The notes: generated from the sequence alone by a model not told the origin. Counted from the first letter of the stretch, positions 219,550-235,910 are shown. The stretch: 248,000 nucleotides of DNA from Wallemia ichthyophaga EXF-994 (GCF_000400465.1 NW_008806281.1:20001-268000), one strand, 5' to 3'. Translations and numbers: made by a program.

Positions 219550-220170
219550 AATCAACCCGATTTGAAGATTAAGAAAGCCATTGAGGTTCCCATGTAGAAA
219601 TATATCTATTGAGTTTGTCAGTTGATTTTATTTAAAGAATTGAATAATAAACTAACAAAATGATTAGTTTCTATTGAAGTAATGAATATACACGTTAGAT
219701 TGGAATGAATATTCACTCACCGTGCGTAACGAATGATCCAAATGATTTACCAACGACGACGTGCCAAGTTGCGCCATGAACTCTATCGAACTCCTTTTTT
219801 ATGAAGCTCGCAATATCTTTTTCAATATTGTACTTTTCTAAAGCATTTGAGCTGTATAAGTGAGATTTGAATGTTTAAGCTAGGGGCAAGAAACCCACGT
219901 GATATCAATAGCAGATTGTTGTAATTCTTGTGACATATCAACATTCTATGAATCAATATTAACGTTTACATCAATCAATAAGGGTATTTGACTCACTTTG
220001 ATAACAGCTTTTGGAATCTTTGCTTTGTCTTCTTTGTTGGGAGCACCAGTCCTAAGAAACTAAGTCAGTGCTTGTACATCTAGATATCTTATAAATACAT
220101 TTTCAATTTTACAAGTTGACGATCCTGGTTAAAGAATAGCCTTGCTACTAACGTCCAACACATTCCAGTG
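219550..220170 (-). CDS. DYN2: Dynein light chain LC8 (multi-intron)
   Basis: [35 protein letters not shown]. Confidence 0.88.
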
Positions 220171-220765
220171 AAATTACTCAAAATAATGAATGATTGTGGG
220201 TAATTTAAAGTCTAGAGCACTAACCAATCTAACGCTCAATCTCAGCTGATGTAAATCATCAAGTTTCTATCCTGAAAGCTCTACGTAGACGATCACTATC
220301 GCAAGGCCAGCGTACTGCAATTGATCCTGATCTACCACCGACCAAACAAGAAATTCAAAATGATAAAGCTTTGAATCAATATGTGAGTCGTGTTTATCTT
220401 GATATTGAGTACCTCTCTTAGCCCCTTTTCCTAGTGGGTCCCTGCTTCTGCTCACCCAGAGACTACCACCCATCCAAATGAATTCAATCATTACGTTTCC
220501 AATCACTCTCCTACACCATCAAACTCAGGCTCTCTTAGCAGGATTAGATCCTCCAGCTCTCATGGCTCTTCACTCTCCCGTAGAAAGTCAAAGCTATCAA
220601 GACAATACACTCCAACTGAGGATGACGGCGTTGGCGATAATGATTTCATATCCCCATCCTCCTCCAAGCCAAGTTCTCTTAATTTGGTTCGTTTTCATCT
220701 CCTAATGACGCGTAAACACTTACACATTCCAGCTCCAATCTCTCACAGAAGAGACTTCAAATGAA

Positions 220766-223700
220766 ATGTCTCAATCAAATGATGAGAATTATCATGTTAA
220801 AAATGATAATTATACTTCTAAACCCAAAAAACTCAAAAATGGCTCAAGAGTTGCGGTACCGTCATATCAAATTGATTCCGAAATTTTCTCATCGGACCAT
220901 AGACCACCACCACGCCTCGACTTGTCCTTCAACCATAGCCTTCTTGATCATCCTATCAAGGATGATAGACCTCTATCCACTCTCACGAATGATATCTTTG
221001 ACGCCTATGCTATGGGTAATGAACGTGGCTCATTCAGTTCTGTCTCTTCTGCTATTTCTTCAGAGAATACTCACCCTTTCGAACACGACTTACGACTTGA
221101 CCAATCTCATTCTCACGATAGTTATACTCACGATAATCAGATTCACGACACTCAATTACACACCGAAGATGATGATGCCCAGACCATTCATGGCTCTCCA
221201 AATCAAAACAAGCAAGATACTCTCAAGATTGTCAATACCAATGTTTCACCTTCAAAGAGTTCTCTGAATACTCCAAACACTCTCAGGAACAACTCTATAT
221301 CCTCCACTGAAGACACAAACGAGTCTAATGAATCCACATCAGAAGAGATATCAGAGTCAGTTGAAACGGGTGAAAGTTACGAAACGATATCCAGTGAACA
221401 CGTTGACAATGCCTACATGGTAACAAAGTCTTTGAAAAACAGGGTTCAACCACCGACACCAATACCAAGCGAAATACCCCCACCAACTTCAAATCCAATG
221501 AAGATGTCGATGGATCTCTCAGTAGGCTCGCTTATACCGGAATTTCCCGCACAGACTAGACATACCAATATCAATAATATCAATACTAACATAAAAAAGA
221601 TTGATAGTGTGAACAGCTTTCCAAATGTTGACCAAATGCTATTCGAACCTTCGAGACCTGCTCCTGAACCTCCAACTCCAATAATCTTTTCTGATCTTCC
221701 TTCTCGGAACAACCCATCTCCTACACCTTCAACTGGCTCGTCTACCTCAAAGAAGAAGGGATGGAATTGGCTCAAAGAGAAGGAAAGAGCTAGGAATGAA
221801 CGTGCACTGAAAATGAAAGAACTCAAAGATGCCAAAGTTAGAGAAAAGCTTGAGTTAAAGGAGAAGGAGAAGCGTGAACGAGAAGAACGTCTAGCACGTG
221901 AGAAGGAGAAACGTCGTGAGATGGAAGAGAAAGAAAAGGCTAAAGCTAAATCTAAGAGTGACATGAAAGTGCGCGAGCGTGAAAAAAGAGATAAAGAGAA
222001 AAAGGAGCGTGAGTTGAAGAAGGAGAATGACTTAAAGGTCGCTCGCGAGGAAAAAGAGAAGAAGGAGCGTGAGGAGAAAGAGAAAAAAGACCGAGAAGAA
222101 AAAGAGCGGAAGGAGCGGGAACTTCAGAAGAAAGAGCGCGAAGAAAACGAAAAGAGGGAGCGTGAATCTGCCAAGAAGGAGCGTGAAGATCGTGAAAAGA
222201 ACGAGCGCGAGGAGAAAGAAGCCAAAATGAAAGAAGAGCGCGAAGCCAAGGAAGCCAAACTCAAAAGCGATCGTGAGGAAAAGGAATCTAAAGCTAGAGA
222301 GGCGCGCGAGGCTGAGGAGAGTAAACTTCAACGCGATCGTCAAGAACAAGAAGCTCGAGAAGCCGAATCTGAAGCCAAAGCCAAGGCTGAAAGAGAGGAT
222401 AGAGAAATCCAGATGAAAGCTGAGCGCGAGGAGATGGAACAACGAAAAATGAAGGAGCGCGAAGAAGAGCAAAGTAAGCTCAAAAAAGAACTGGAAGAGT
222501 TGGAGGAAAAGCTCAAGAAGGAGCAAGAAGAGAAGGAGGAAGAGGAGAGACTCATGAAGGAACGTTTAGAGCAAGAGGAGATTATAAAGAAGGAGCGTGA
222601 AGCTGAAGCCAAACTCAGACAAGAACTTGAAGAGCAAGAAAATGCTCTGAAGAGAGAGATCGAAGAGAGAGAACAGCGTGAGGAAGAACTTCACCGACAG
222701 CTTGAAGAAGAGGGGCAGCTCGAGAGAGAGCGTGAAGAAGAGCAGCTTCAAAAAGAACGTGAAGAGGCTGAACTCGAACTCCAAAGAGAGCGTGAGAAGG
222801 AGGAGCGTCTTAAAGAGCTTGCAGAAGCTGAGCTTGATAATCAGAGAGAGCTTGAAGAGAAGCAGCTTCAGAAAGAACTCGCTGATGCTGAGATCGAGCT
222901 CCAGAAAGCACGTGAGGAGGAAGAAGAAAATGCAAAAAAGGAGCGCGATGAGACCAAGAAAGTGGAGAGTGATAAACAGAAGAAAGAGTCCGAAAAGAAG
223001 CCCAAAGAGAAAAGACTTAAACCATCCTTCAAGCTTAAGAAATCTGATTCCGCAGCGTCATCTAAGTCAAGCAAAGAGGCAGCAAAGCAGGCAACCAAGG
223101 CCAAAGAGCAGGAGCGCGCTCGGGACAAGGAAGCGGCCAAGGAACGCAAAGAGGCAGCAAAGATTGCCGCAGCTCAGTCACGTGAAGCTGCTAAGAATAC
223201 TCAATCATCTCATATAGGATTCGTTGGCACTTTGTTCGGATCAAAGAAGAAGAGCAGCAGCAGTCTGAAGTCTAATTCTACTAAATCCTCAACAAGTGAT
223301 CAGCCAAAAGAGAAAAAGAAGAAAGACAAGGGTAAGAAGGAGAAGAAAGCCAATGATTCGGAACAAAAGCCTCAAGCACCGGCTAACATGTTTGACTATC
223401 GCTATCCTATCCAAATCGAACGTGCTATTTACAGATTGTGAGTCAGATATTAAATGTAAGGAAATGCTAACGAATAGCGCCTCAGGAGTCACCTCAAGCT
223501 CGCTAATCCACGCCGGTCACTTTACGAGCAAGTATTAATTAGCAACTTCATGTTCTGGTATTTATCAATAGTGAATCACCAGAATCAGAGGCAGGTTGAA
223601 GCTAGACACAGACAAGATGACCAGATTGAGGTGCACAGACAGGAGGAGTTTGTCGAGAATGCGGACCAAAACAGCTTTGTAAATTACGAAGCTTCGAGTG

Positions 223701-225840
223701 TGTTGACATCTTCACCTACACCTCAAAACTCGCCGACGCATCCATCCGTACCGGACTCACCTCCAACTCCAGCTTTGTCAGGCGAAATTCCCCTTCCTCA
223801 CGAGGAGCATGGAGAGGAATCTGAAGAGAAACATCCTTTGGCTCTCAATGAAGGTAGCGAGGAAGATTTAACGGAGGAGACACTGTCATCACTTACGAGT
223901 GATATAATACAAGAAATAGAAATTGGTGAGCCAGTTTTACCTGCTCAAGCAACCATGAAGGGACCGGAACGAGCTACAACTACTGCAAAAGCACCATCGC
224001 CATCACCTTCTCCACCTGAGATTCTACCTGAAGATGTACAAGAAGTTATCGCACCACCTGAATCGGTGTCTTCAGGTTCACCTTCACCCCCGATGGCACT
224101 TGATTCACCTATTGAGCTGGAAGAGGCGCGTATGTCACCATTAGCATCGTTTGAAGATCAGATCCAAAGACCAAGTGATCCACCAGTCGAGCGTCAAGAA
224201 GAGATGCAAAAGGAGCAGAAGCAAAAGCAAAAGCAGAGGGAGTCAGTAATAGCTGAGCCTCCTGTATCTTTACCTGTAATGACACAACCAGCGCGTCCAG
224301 AGACACCTCCTCAGCAACCACCTTCACCAGTTACAATACCAGCATCACCAGCTCAGCCACACCATGCACCAGCTCAACCATCGCGACCACCATCAACTGC
224401 ACGACAATTATTGAATATTGTGACACAGCAGCCTTCAAGATCACCATCACCGGGACCATCACCCTCATCTGTACCTGCACCCGTTTCATCACCTGTAGCC
224501 TCACCGGGACCATCACCACTTACGCAGAACAATCAACAGAGAAGCGCATCTCCAACACCAAAGAGAAACAGACTTACAAAGATGGTAAGCACAGGTAGCT
224601 TTAGAGGGGAGATTGGTATGAAGCAACCATCGTACGAAGATCCGTACAAAATGTTGGATAAGCCGAAGCAATCGCCGCATTCATTGACGTACTCTTCGCC
224701 AACGCAGTCGCAGTCACAGACAGTGATGCAACCATCTTCACCTAGACAGCAGTTTCCAGGAATGATACAGCAACCATCACCTAGACAGCAGTCTCCAGGT
224801 ATAATACATCAACCATCTTCACCTAGACAGCAATCTCCAGGTATGTTGCAGTTACCATCACCAAGGCAGCAGTCTCCAGGTATGATGCATCAACCTGCAA
224901 GACAACAGTCGCCAGTAATGATGTACCAACATCCAAGACAACAGTCGCCAGTAATGATGCACCAACCTCCACGACAACAATCACCAGTTATGATGCATCA
225001 ACCTCCAATACAACAATCATCATACATATTACAACAACCACCAAGACAACAAGGGTCACCGATAATGCGTACACCATCGCCTGCCCAAATGCAAGAATAC
225101 CAACAAGCGCAATTCGAACAACAACAAGCACCTGGAGGATCACAAATGTACGGACCATCACCATCACCACCACCAGTGCCATCACATTCACCTAGTCCAA
225201 TGCAACAAACGCAACAACAGAATCAAGGATTTGGGATGCATGGATGGGGAGTGTATCAACAGAATTCGCAGCATCATCAGCAATTAATGAAACAGCAGGC
225301 GTATATGCATCAACAGCAAGTACAACAACAGCAACAACAACAGGAGTTGCAGCAGCAAAGGTATATAAATGCGATGGCTATACAGGAAGTACGTCGTGGG
225401 TCGTGGTCGCCTGGGTCACAGATGCAACAACAACAACAGCAGTACCAACAACAACAACAGTACCAACAGCAGCATTATAGTGTGAGTGTGGAATTGGTGT
225501 GTAGTAGAAGAAAGCTAACTGAATTTGAAACAGCAGCAGCAGCCACCACCACCACAACAACCACAACATCAACATTACCAACAGCAACAACCACACCAAA
225601 ACTCACAAGACTCACAGCAACGTTCACATAAATCCAAGTACTTACCATCGCGTTCAAGTTCAGCTTCAAATGTACCAACGCAGAATAATGTTGGACGTCG
225701 ACCAAGTTTACCACATCTACAAACGTTGGGAGTAGATGAGAGAATAACGGCAAGTTCAGCACCTAGTTCACCGGCATCAACGGGGTTTGTAATTGAAGAC
225801 GCCCCGACTTTACCAGCGATGACATATGAGAATTTGTAAC
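220766..225840 (+). CDS. Zds1-like PP2A-Cdc55 regulator with long E/K/R helix and Q/P-rich tail
   Basis: Zds_C: PIQIERAIYRLSHLKLANPRR..QVLISNFMFWY. Confidence 0.8.
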
Positions 225841-228531
225841 TTTTTATCAAGGTGTCTTAATTTCATCATGGCATGAGTTGTGCTCGTTAGACGGTCATCA
225901 GATATGTTTTGATTGATAGATTAGAGCTACTACGATGATATAGCGCGCACGAATGGCGGTCGTACAGACACAGGTGTTGATTATCGCGTTGTGAGCGAAG
226001 TGGCTGAGTAAGTCCACAGTGGGCAGTAGCCATACGAGCGGAAGGCTTACAGATACGGCCGTTGCTATCGTGGATGCCCCTTCCGAAAATACCATTCGAT
226101 GAGAATTTCGGTAAAATGATCTTCTCGTTGGCAGATCTGGCAATTGGAGTAAATGTAGATATAATTTCAGCTGAGACTGCGGGTGGCGGCAAAAGAGACC
226201 ATCTATTTCACCTCCTGTAGAAACCCAACCCGGTCGTTATTTTCTTCTCCACTAGAGGCACACCGGAGTCCCTCATGGGCGTGCTTGTCATGTCTACTCT
226301 CGATTTGCTCCTGCACGAACAGTACACGCTCAGCTTATTATAAATGGCGCTTAGCGTGCATTAACAGAATACTCTTTCAACTAGGTACCTTCGATACTCG
226401 CTCATTTTTGGTCGAAGCGGATAGCCTCTTTTTCGGTCATCAGCGTGGTCGTCTTTGCAGCTGTGAATGTGTCCATGTAAGGAAATGGTTGTAGACCGGG
226501 TGGTCATACGAGGTATCAAACTCACACTCACGCTCCCTCTAGATACGGCATGGAAGTTGTGCAATCGACATATCTACACCACCACGTGGGGAGGAAGGGC
226601 CATCGATACATCTTCACGGTCTATTTGTACCCTACCTACCTCAGCTACGACGTGCCAACCAGACACACTCACTCTTCTCCAATTCTGTACTCTCGATCGT
226701 GCCGCAACTAATCCTATCGCATAGATTGGGTTTTTGTAGAGCAAAGCGATTCTCTCACTCGCCTGCTTTTCGCAGAATATGCGTTTTACACTTTAAATAG
226801 GGTGCGTTCATCGCAGGAGCAACGCATCAACGCATAATCACAAACCTCACTCCTAATAGTATTTCCTCTGGTACATCTAGCTCTTGCCTGTCGATCTGTC
226901 GTCTTTGAATCTCTTTACTAAGCAGAAATTGAGAATCACAGTATGTTGACTTGCTCCACTGGCTCATTGGCTGTCTATCGCATACGGGTTGGAGCTCGTC
227001 TGCCAGCGTCTGTTTAGACCCCTTTGGATGGCAAGTCTGCTCTTGTTTGCTAGCAACACTTATATACCTGCAACATTCATCGGAAACACACTCACACGCG
227101 CACACAAATACCAAATTCAAGCAAGCAAAATAATGTCTTACTATGCAGAATTCGATTGTTTGACAATGCTCATCTTTCAAAGATTGATGTTTACATTGAG
227201 TGTCTTGTTTTGTTGCGTTGTGTTCAATTCGATAGCTAGAAGTGTGAAGTGTGAAATACAAACTGTATAGAGGTTGTCCTGGAAAAAGCCTGATAAAGTT
227301 TAAATTGTCCATCTTGAGAGCCAACAGCATGTGCAGGAGTGTTGATATTGAAGAAGGTAATCACAACGCGTGAAGCTCCATCGGCACGTTCAGCGTTGTG
227401 GTTGCGGATTTCCCTCTGGTACCTTCTCTTGTGCTTTGTCAAATCATGATTCTGCGTAAAGTGCATCGCAGATATCGCATTTTTAAGGCTTCTCCGCTGG
227501 AAGAGTGTGATGAGGTTTTGGATGTTTGTTAGGCTTGCGAGGTTTTGGCTTTCTGAGCTGGAGTGGGGTAGGATGGTTCAACTCGACGTCTGGCTGGTGA
227601 CGGTCCAAGCCTGTACCTGTATTATAATTGACGATTGGAGATGCGTCTCCAGTTCCCGATAATTGCCTTATACCGCGTTTTAATCCCTCCTGGTCGTAAA
227701 AAATGGGCCTAAACGTGGGATTATCGCACAGCACTGATTGAGATGCTTATACTCGTTGAGCTGCTTGAAATTAAAGTATTAATTATTGGAATTTTGGTGA
227801 CTTAAATTAGAGAGAGAAGCGGGTGAATATCATAGCCAAGATACTCCATCGGATAATAAGTAAATCACATCGAAATTACTCTAGAGCTTAAAATATTAGC
227901 TCTGCGTTAGCCACAATGTTGAGGAATGCTTGAACTTCTTATGTTTGTCAGTTCAGTCAGGCCACAAAAATTTCCATCCAGGCTGCTGAGGGCGCACCGA
228001 TATCCAACAAATATGCGTAATTAGGAATCCATAGGAATACATTGGTCAGCTACGAAGCTCAAAGTCCCTCAAGGCTGATGGCCAACGCTTTTTGTATTTA
228101 AGCCAGCCACAGGGTGGATCTAGATAATTAATTCATATAATATGCAATTTCATCATAGAAAGAAGCATGGAGCGCTCACAAATTGGTTCAGCAGGTATTT
228201 GAAAAGTCATTGGCTTTGCTGTACTGCACATATAAGTAGTCCTTGGCAGGTGAAAGGACAGAAGAATGGCAACAAGAGAATATTCCCGTGTTGTAGATTC
228301 GAATGCATTGTAAATTGTAACTAATATTTATGTGTTTTCACCGCGAGCAGAACCGGCACCAGAACGACCAGAACGACGACCACCATTAAATGTTCGCAAC
228401 TCACGCACGTCAAGGATTAAAGAATTTAGTTCCACCAAAGATAGCAACACCAGGTGCAGTAGTGAGTTGTTAACACCGTTTACAACCTCAAACAACTCAC
228501 AAATCCAAGTCTGGCTCTGAGGGCGGTGCTA

Positions 228532-228875
228532 GAATGAACTCCGTTATTGAGTTTTATAGCAAATTACCAAAAGGTAACGCAGCTCCAAAGTCTAGTGGTA
228601 TCAAAGGCAAATACTTTGATGGCTCAAATTCATCACGTACTCCATTACTCGCAACGATTGGTGGATTATTCTTATTCGGATATACGCTTGATTGTGAGTT
228701 TTTATCTTTTTCTTATGATTATTTCTTACATTTGATAATCAGACAACCGTAAGTTGATTGGAATTCCTTTTGTCTTTCTCACTAACTCGTTCTTTCTCCC
228801 CAGTTCACCTCAGTGAGTTGGATTTTTATGATACACTCACACCAACTGACATACCCTAGAGCACCACAAGAACAA
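228532..228875 (+). CDS. ATP17: ATP synthase subunit f
   Basis: FYSKLPKG..KYFDG; GYTLDY..HLKHHKN. Confidence 0.88.
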
Positions 228876-228949
228876 CCACCATTAGATTCTTTTAATATCT
228901 TGTGCTTGATGAATGAATCCTTATCCTTACATGTCTTTACATGAGGCCA

Positions 228950-230340
228950 CATGCTTCTGATTACCTTTACTTACCTTTGCTTACCCTTGCATCCACTCCA
229001 TCATCATGTCCCAACTGTCCAGTGAATTTGAAATCGACGATGACCACCAAAGAATGTTGGACTTAGATGAAATTCAACGAAACAACGATGAATTCCTCGT
229101 GGCGTACCCATTCAACTTTATTAAATGGTCCAGATTATGGCAGTAAGTTGGTTTGGCTGCATATACCCTTTTCCTTATGTACAACACGTAGAGGCTCTTC
229201 AAGGATCATCACTACTGATTTGGAACAAGGCATTTATCCTTTCGGTAAAGGTAAAGGTAAACCTATTGAAGTCTTTATCGGTATGACGAAGAGGAATAGA
229301 TTGGAAATTCTCATCCCTTACTCAATGATTTCTGAAAGGTTCAAAGACATAAAGCAAAATGATTTTGAAAACATTCACTTCTATCACTTTGTTTCTCCTG
229401 CACACTTTCAAACTTTAGAAGACTTCCTTGGTTTTGCTAATATTCAAGATAAGAAGAGCGGTATCTTTAAGATAAATAAACGCTATAAGCGCGATAGATC
229501 TAAATATCGCGTTACTCATAACGTCGTACTTGAGAAAAAGTACTTTGAAATGTCTAGGCGTTTCTATCGGCTTATTAAATTGGCAGATGATCAACTTAGA
229601 GGTAGTGTCATTGCTATGGATTGGATAACAAATCCCAACACAAATATCATTCAAGGTCTCAGCATATTCGTACTTGATAAAACTAAATCGAATCACTATC
229701 AGGATTGGGTTACGGTCACTGATACTTATACTGAAAACAAGGACGAAGTTGAAAGACGATATTTGAAGAGATACGTACAAGCTATCCTTGACACCAAGAC
229801 TTCCGATCAAGATGAGTGTCGAATGATCATCGTTAAGAAGTCAATGCTACCCCAAGACATGGATAGGACAAAAGATGCGCTCAAGCAGTTTCTTCCTGAT
229901 AATATTTTTGAGGGTATGCAAATGGACATTAGTAGTAGGGTTCATGATGAATTGAATGTTATAAGGCGAACAGTTGAACCTTTCAATATCTACGGTATAA
230001 CGAGTCTCATACCACTTTATCACGCCCTATGCTCTGATGTCACCGGTGAAGAGCCTAGTTATAGACGCATGCTCGATGCTATTGGTATGCCCTTAGACGA
230101 TCAAGAGATGGTTGATATTTTGGAGAATAACGCTGTGCATTTGCTCAATCTTGCAGATTGCTTACTCACATCTACTTTTATAGATTATCAGAAAATGATA
230201 CAGTTCCCAGAAACCCACAAGGGTACTAGACCCGCAGAGGAGTCATCCGATGAAGACAGCGAAGATCAAGATGACGATGAGGTGAGTGTGTTTATTTATT
230301 TATAAATAAATAACTCATTGCTGACACACATGCAGAAGAT
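228950..230340 (+). CDS. Hypothetical protein, possible Gfd2-like exonuclease fold
   Basis: 412-aa ORF; VIAMD motif. Confidence 0.4.
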
Positions 230341-230531
230341 GGAAAATTATCTCTAGACAGAAATTCACGCTGGTTTCATGTTTACGTTATGCATTCAGTC
230401 GAGAAGGCTTTCAAAATTAAATTATGTAATTGATTTGGATAGATCAAGGTGTATAAATATCACAAATAGTCATACAAACCAGTGGAACATTAATAAGATG
230501 GCGCATAGGGTATTTACAAACAGCAGCAAAA

Positions 230532-232005
230532 TTAATCTTTAAGCTCCTTCTTCATGATAGCCTCCATAGCATCAAAGTCTGAAGTATCCACCTTGATTAT
230601 TTCCTTCTTAAGGGTTTCCTCAATAGAATTCATAACTTTCCAGGATTCCTTATCATGAATGAAATTGACAGCAAGTCCCTTCCTACCGAATCTACCAGTT
230701 CTACCAATTCTATGTAAATATGTCTCGCTATCAGGTTTTCCTGACGCAGTCTTTGGCATATCGTAATTAATCACCATGTTTACTTGACTAATATCGATAC
230801 CTCTAGCAATAACGTTTGTGGTGATGAGAACTTTAGTTTTACCATCTCTGAAAGAATCAATGGTTAGATCTCTCTCGCTAGATTCCTGTTTACCGTGGAG
230901 TGAGACAACGGTGTGTCCTTCAGCAGTCATACGATGAGCGATTTCGTCAGCTGTATCTCTACGATGAACGAAAATGATGGACTGTCCGACAGTCATGAGC
231001 TCGTATAATTCGACCAAGACTTTAAATTTATGTTCCAAGTTATCACAATCCATGTAGAATTGCTTTATTCCTTCTACAGAGAGTTCTTCTTGTTTAAGTC
231101 TGATTTCATTAGCTGCAGGTGCGAATTTAGCAGCAAAATTTCTAACGATATCGGGGAATGTAGCGGAGAAGAGAAGAATTTGAGGTTTGGAAGTGATGAG
231201 GTTTTTAGCTTTAATGGATTGGTCACCCATAGAATGTTGGTCTAACATGTTATCAGCCTCATCCAAGACAAAAACCTTGACTTCTTTTGCGTTTATTTGA
231301 CCTTTACGTACAGCGTCAACGAGGGCGCCTGGGGTTGCCACAATAACTTGAGCGTCTACTTTAGACCCTTTAGGGATAGCATCCTTTATAGCGAAAGCAG
231401 TTTTTACGTTTGTGAATTGACCCATTTGTTGAATAACCGACATTGTTTGTCTGGCGAGTTCTCTAGAAGGGGAGAGAACAACAGCTTGGGGATTTGAGGA
231501 ATCATAATTTATACGTGATAGGATAGCTAAAGCGAAGGCAGCAGTTTTCCCCGTACCTGATTGAGATTGTGCAATCATGTTGCGAGGTGGATTTTGGAGG
231601 AGGAGTGGAAGGGCTCTTTCTTGAATTTTGGATGGTTTTTGAAATTTCATGGCGTAGATACCTTTTAAGAGGTTTTCGTGGCTGTAAGTGTGTGTTTAAG
231701 GGGGAGTTGTGCTAGCTCAACAGACACACTCACAGTCCGAGCTCTTCGAAAGTGCTAGCAGAGTATAAGGGAGAATTTGGATCAGCTTGTTGATCAGCGA
231801 GAGTGACGGAGACTTCTAGTTCTTGTTTTGGTTGCTGTGGTTGCTGTGGTTGGTCTCCTTGTTCCGCCTTCTCTCCTTGATCCGCCTGCTCCGCCTTCTC
231901 GGTAGACAAACCACCAATTCTATCTGCTAGGCTTGTAACGTTATCCTGCTGCTCAGGGTTGTTATTAGATTCAGTTATCCAGCCTTGCTCGTCGTCTTGT
232001 GGCAT
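230532..232005 (-). CDS. DBP5: DEAD-box mRNA export helicase
   Basis: QSQSGTGKT; DEAD; HRIGRTGRFG. Confidence 0.95.
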
Positions 232006-232065
232006 GATGGTTTAAGTGAAGAAGCTCCTTCTGCCCAAACGACCAAGTTCTTCTCTTTTTTTAAA

Positions 232066-233460
<1,395 letters not shown>

Positions 233461-233708
233461 AGTTAATTTGATATAGATGATTTGTGTGATAAATTGCAAA
233501 ACTTCACCAAAGAAGGAGCGACCAGTTGAGAGGATTAAAGGAATGTATATCATATAGTCAATGTAGTTAGAATATCCACAAATAAGACATGTAAATAAAA
233601 ATAAGTTCAAATTTTATTAAAAATTTGATCAAGCATTTTTGAGAAGCGGAGTCCCTTCGTATTTGTGATACATCTGATACAATTGCTCTTGCTCCTCTTG
233701 CTCATATA

Positions 233709-235340
233709 CTACTTGCTGTTTCTGCTGCTAACGAAACGCTTGTTGTTGATTGCTCTAGGATTTGCGATAAATGTGCCTGGATCAACGCCTCCATATCCAG
233801 TTGGTGCCTGACACAGTGCATGCTGCATACCAGCATTAGGCGCTCGTCCCTGATTCTGCCTATGACGCACGTCAATCATATACTGAGGCTGTGGTTGTGG
233901 TTTTGTCTCCATCTGAGCTTGTGGTTGAAGATGTGGCTGCGCTGCTTGTTGCTGTTGGATTGGCACTGTATTCTGCACCGCAGCACCCAACACCTGTGCT
234001 GCCTATACTGGCTACAATGCCTCAGCTCGCATCTCCGATCCAGGCACGCCTGTATTGTAAACCTTCTCATTCCACGCCTGACCCAGTCCCGCTTGCAAAG
234101 CATCCGAATTTTCTACAACCCATGATCCTGGTTCGTTGTATGTATTAGCAATAGCACACATCAAGTGGAAGTCACTCAAACACTCCCTTGCATTCTGGTA
234201 TGACTTCCTATTGATCTTGGGCTTGATTGTGTTTAGTGCCACTGGGTTCTTGATCAGCAGTGCATAGTCAGGGTACAGCTTGTCACTTTGTTAGCCTTTT
234301 CTGATTTGATCAAACACCACTTACCTTCTTCGATGGCACTTCACGGAAAATATCACTCCTTGGTCTACCATTCTCGTTCGTCAACGTCCAAACCACTTCG
234401 AAGAATGGCAAAAGGACCTTCTCCAGACGTTCCTTAGTCTCCCCATCAACACCGGCCTTCTTCTTCTTGTTCGTGGGTTCAGTCTCTTCAACATCGACAT
234501 TTGGATTACCATCAGTGAATGGTATTGCGCTTGCGCTAGCCCATTGGAAGATTTGAGACTGGTGTGGAAGTTTTAGTTGAAGATCTGCTATGTTTGCTAC
234601 CAGTGTTCAACTCGGGTGATTCGACAGGCGGAGCTATTTGCGGCTGCTGTTGCTGCTGTTGAGCCATATTGCGCTTATGTCTAGATGCTTCTTCGATAGT
234701 GGTACCATCATTTTCAAGCGCATTCTCCCATTGCTCTTCAGTCAGACCATCGTCGTACACAACACCAGCACGCGCTCTTCAACCGCCCTCCAAAGCCTCC
234801 TGATCAGCCTCAATAATAGGATTCTATTTGATCGTCGTTCTGTAGATTTCTGGTAACTCTCCGTCTGTAATCAATCTTCCAACATTATCAACAGGTAAAC
234901 CCTTCATTTGATTGGACAGCTTGTCATTCTCTGCTCTCTCCCTGTCCATTCTATTGAAGACATCTATTTCACTTTCCCCTCTAGCGAGCTGCTCGTTGAT
235001 TTCATTATCATTCATAACACCAGCTTCATCCTCTTCTTCAGCTTCTTGTTCGAGGAAAGATCTCAGGAAATCCTCACGCTCTTCAGCTGTCGATTTATTG
235101 TCAATTTACCTGCTTGGATAACCTTGCCGTCTATTTCCAACTTATACTGTGCACGTGCAAGAATCTGATTTTTGACTGAACGCTCAGTGATTAATCTCAA
235201 TATTCCAACTTCCTTCTTCTGCCCAAATCTATGAGCATGGTCTTGAGCTTGAAGATCAACGTGTGGATTCCAGTCTGAGTCGAAGATAATAACCGTGTCT
235301 GCTGATTGAAGGTTGAGACCCAAACCACTAGTCCTTGTAG
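233709..235340 (-). pseudogene. Decayed C-terminal half of Snf2/Sth1 (helicase C, SnAC, bromodomain)
   Basis: [19 protein letters not shown]; frameshift ~235105; stops 234824 and 234779. Confidence 0.88.
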
Positions 235341-235429
235341 TCGAGTGAGATCTGAGTTTATCAAAGAGAACTATATGTCATGTGGAACATAATAAATAGT
235401 AATTCATTTGAAGTCTTTTAGTAAGCCGA

Positions 235430-235910
235430 TTGTGCTCATATTGATTTGGATCATCATGATCATCATCTTTCAATACTTGCTCATCCTTCTTGACATTAAT
235501 AGGCAGTGTCTCATGGAGCGGCTGCGTTATGTGCAATTGTCCGCAATTATCATCTTGACATCCTTCATAGTGACTCTAATTGCCATCGTTTGTGATCTTT
235601 CTCGCGAGGGAGTTTGCGATACTGACTCTAACAGTTCCCAAATAGCTCTAGCGCCGTATGCTGGGGAGTATCCAGACTCCGCCAAATGATCGATACTCTC
235701 ATACCTCACATTCAAACGCATCTGCTTCTCCCCTAGCATCTTATTGACTTCAATGATACGCAATTTAGCATGTCTGATAGACCTGTGGTTGAGTTTGTTG
235801 AAAAACAACGTATGATCAAGTCGATTGAGAAACTTCGGAGGCTACACTCTCTCAACTCGTTCTAATACCTCTTTGGTAGCTTCCTCGGTAACATTCTCAT
235901 CTGGACTCTC
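235430..235910 (-). pseudogene. Hsp78/ClpB C-terminal fragment
   Basis: PKFLNRLD..GYSPAYGARAI. Confidence 0.8.

Noticed and set aside
221446-223149. Leu/Phe/Ser-rich minus-strand ORFs
   Set aside because: Antisense of the E/K/R-rich coding region
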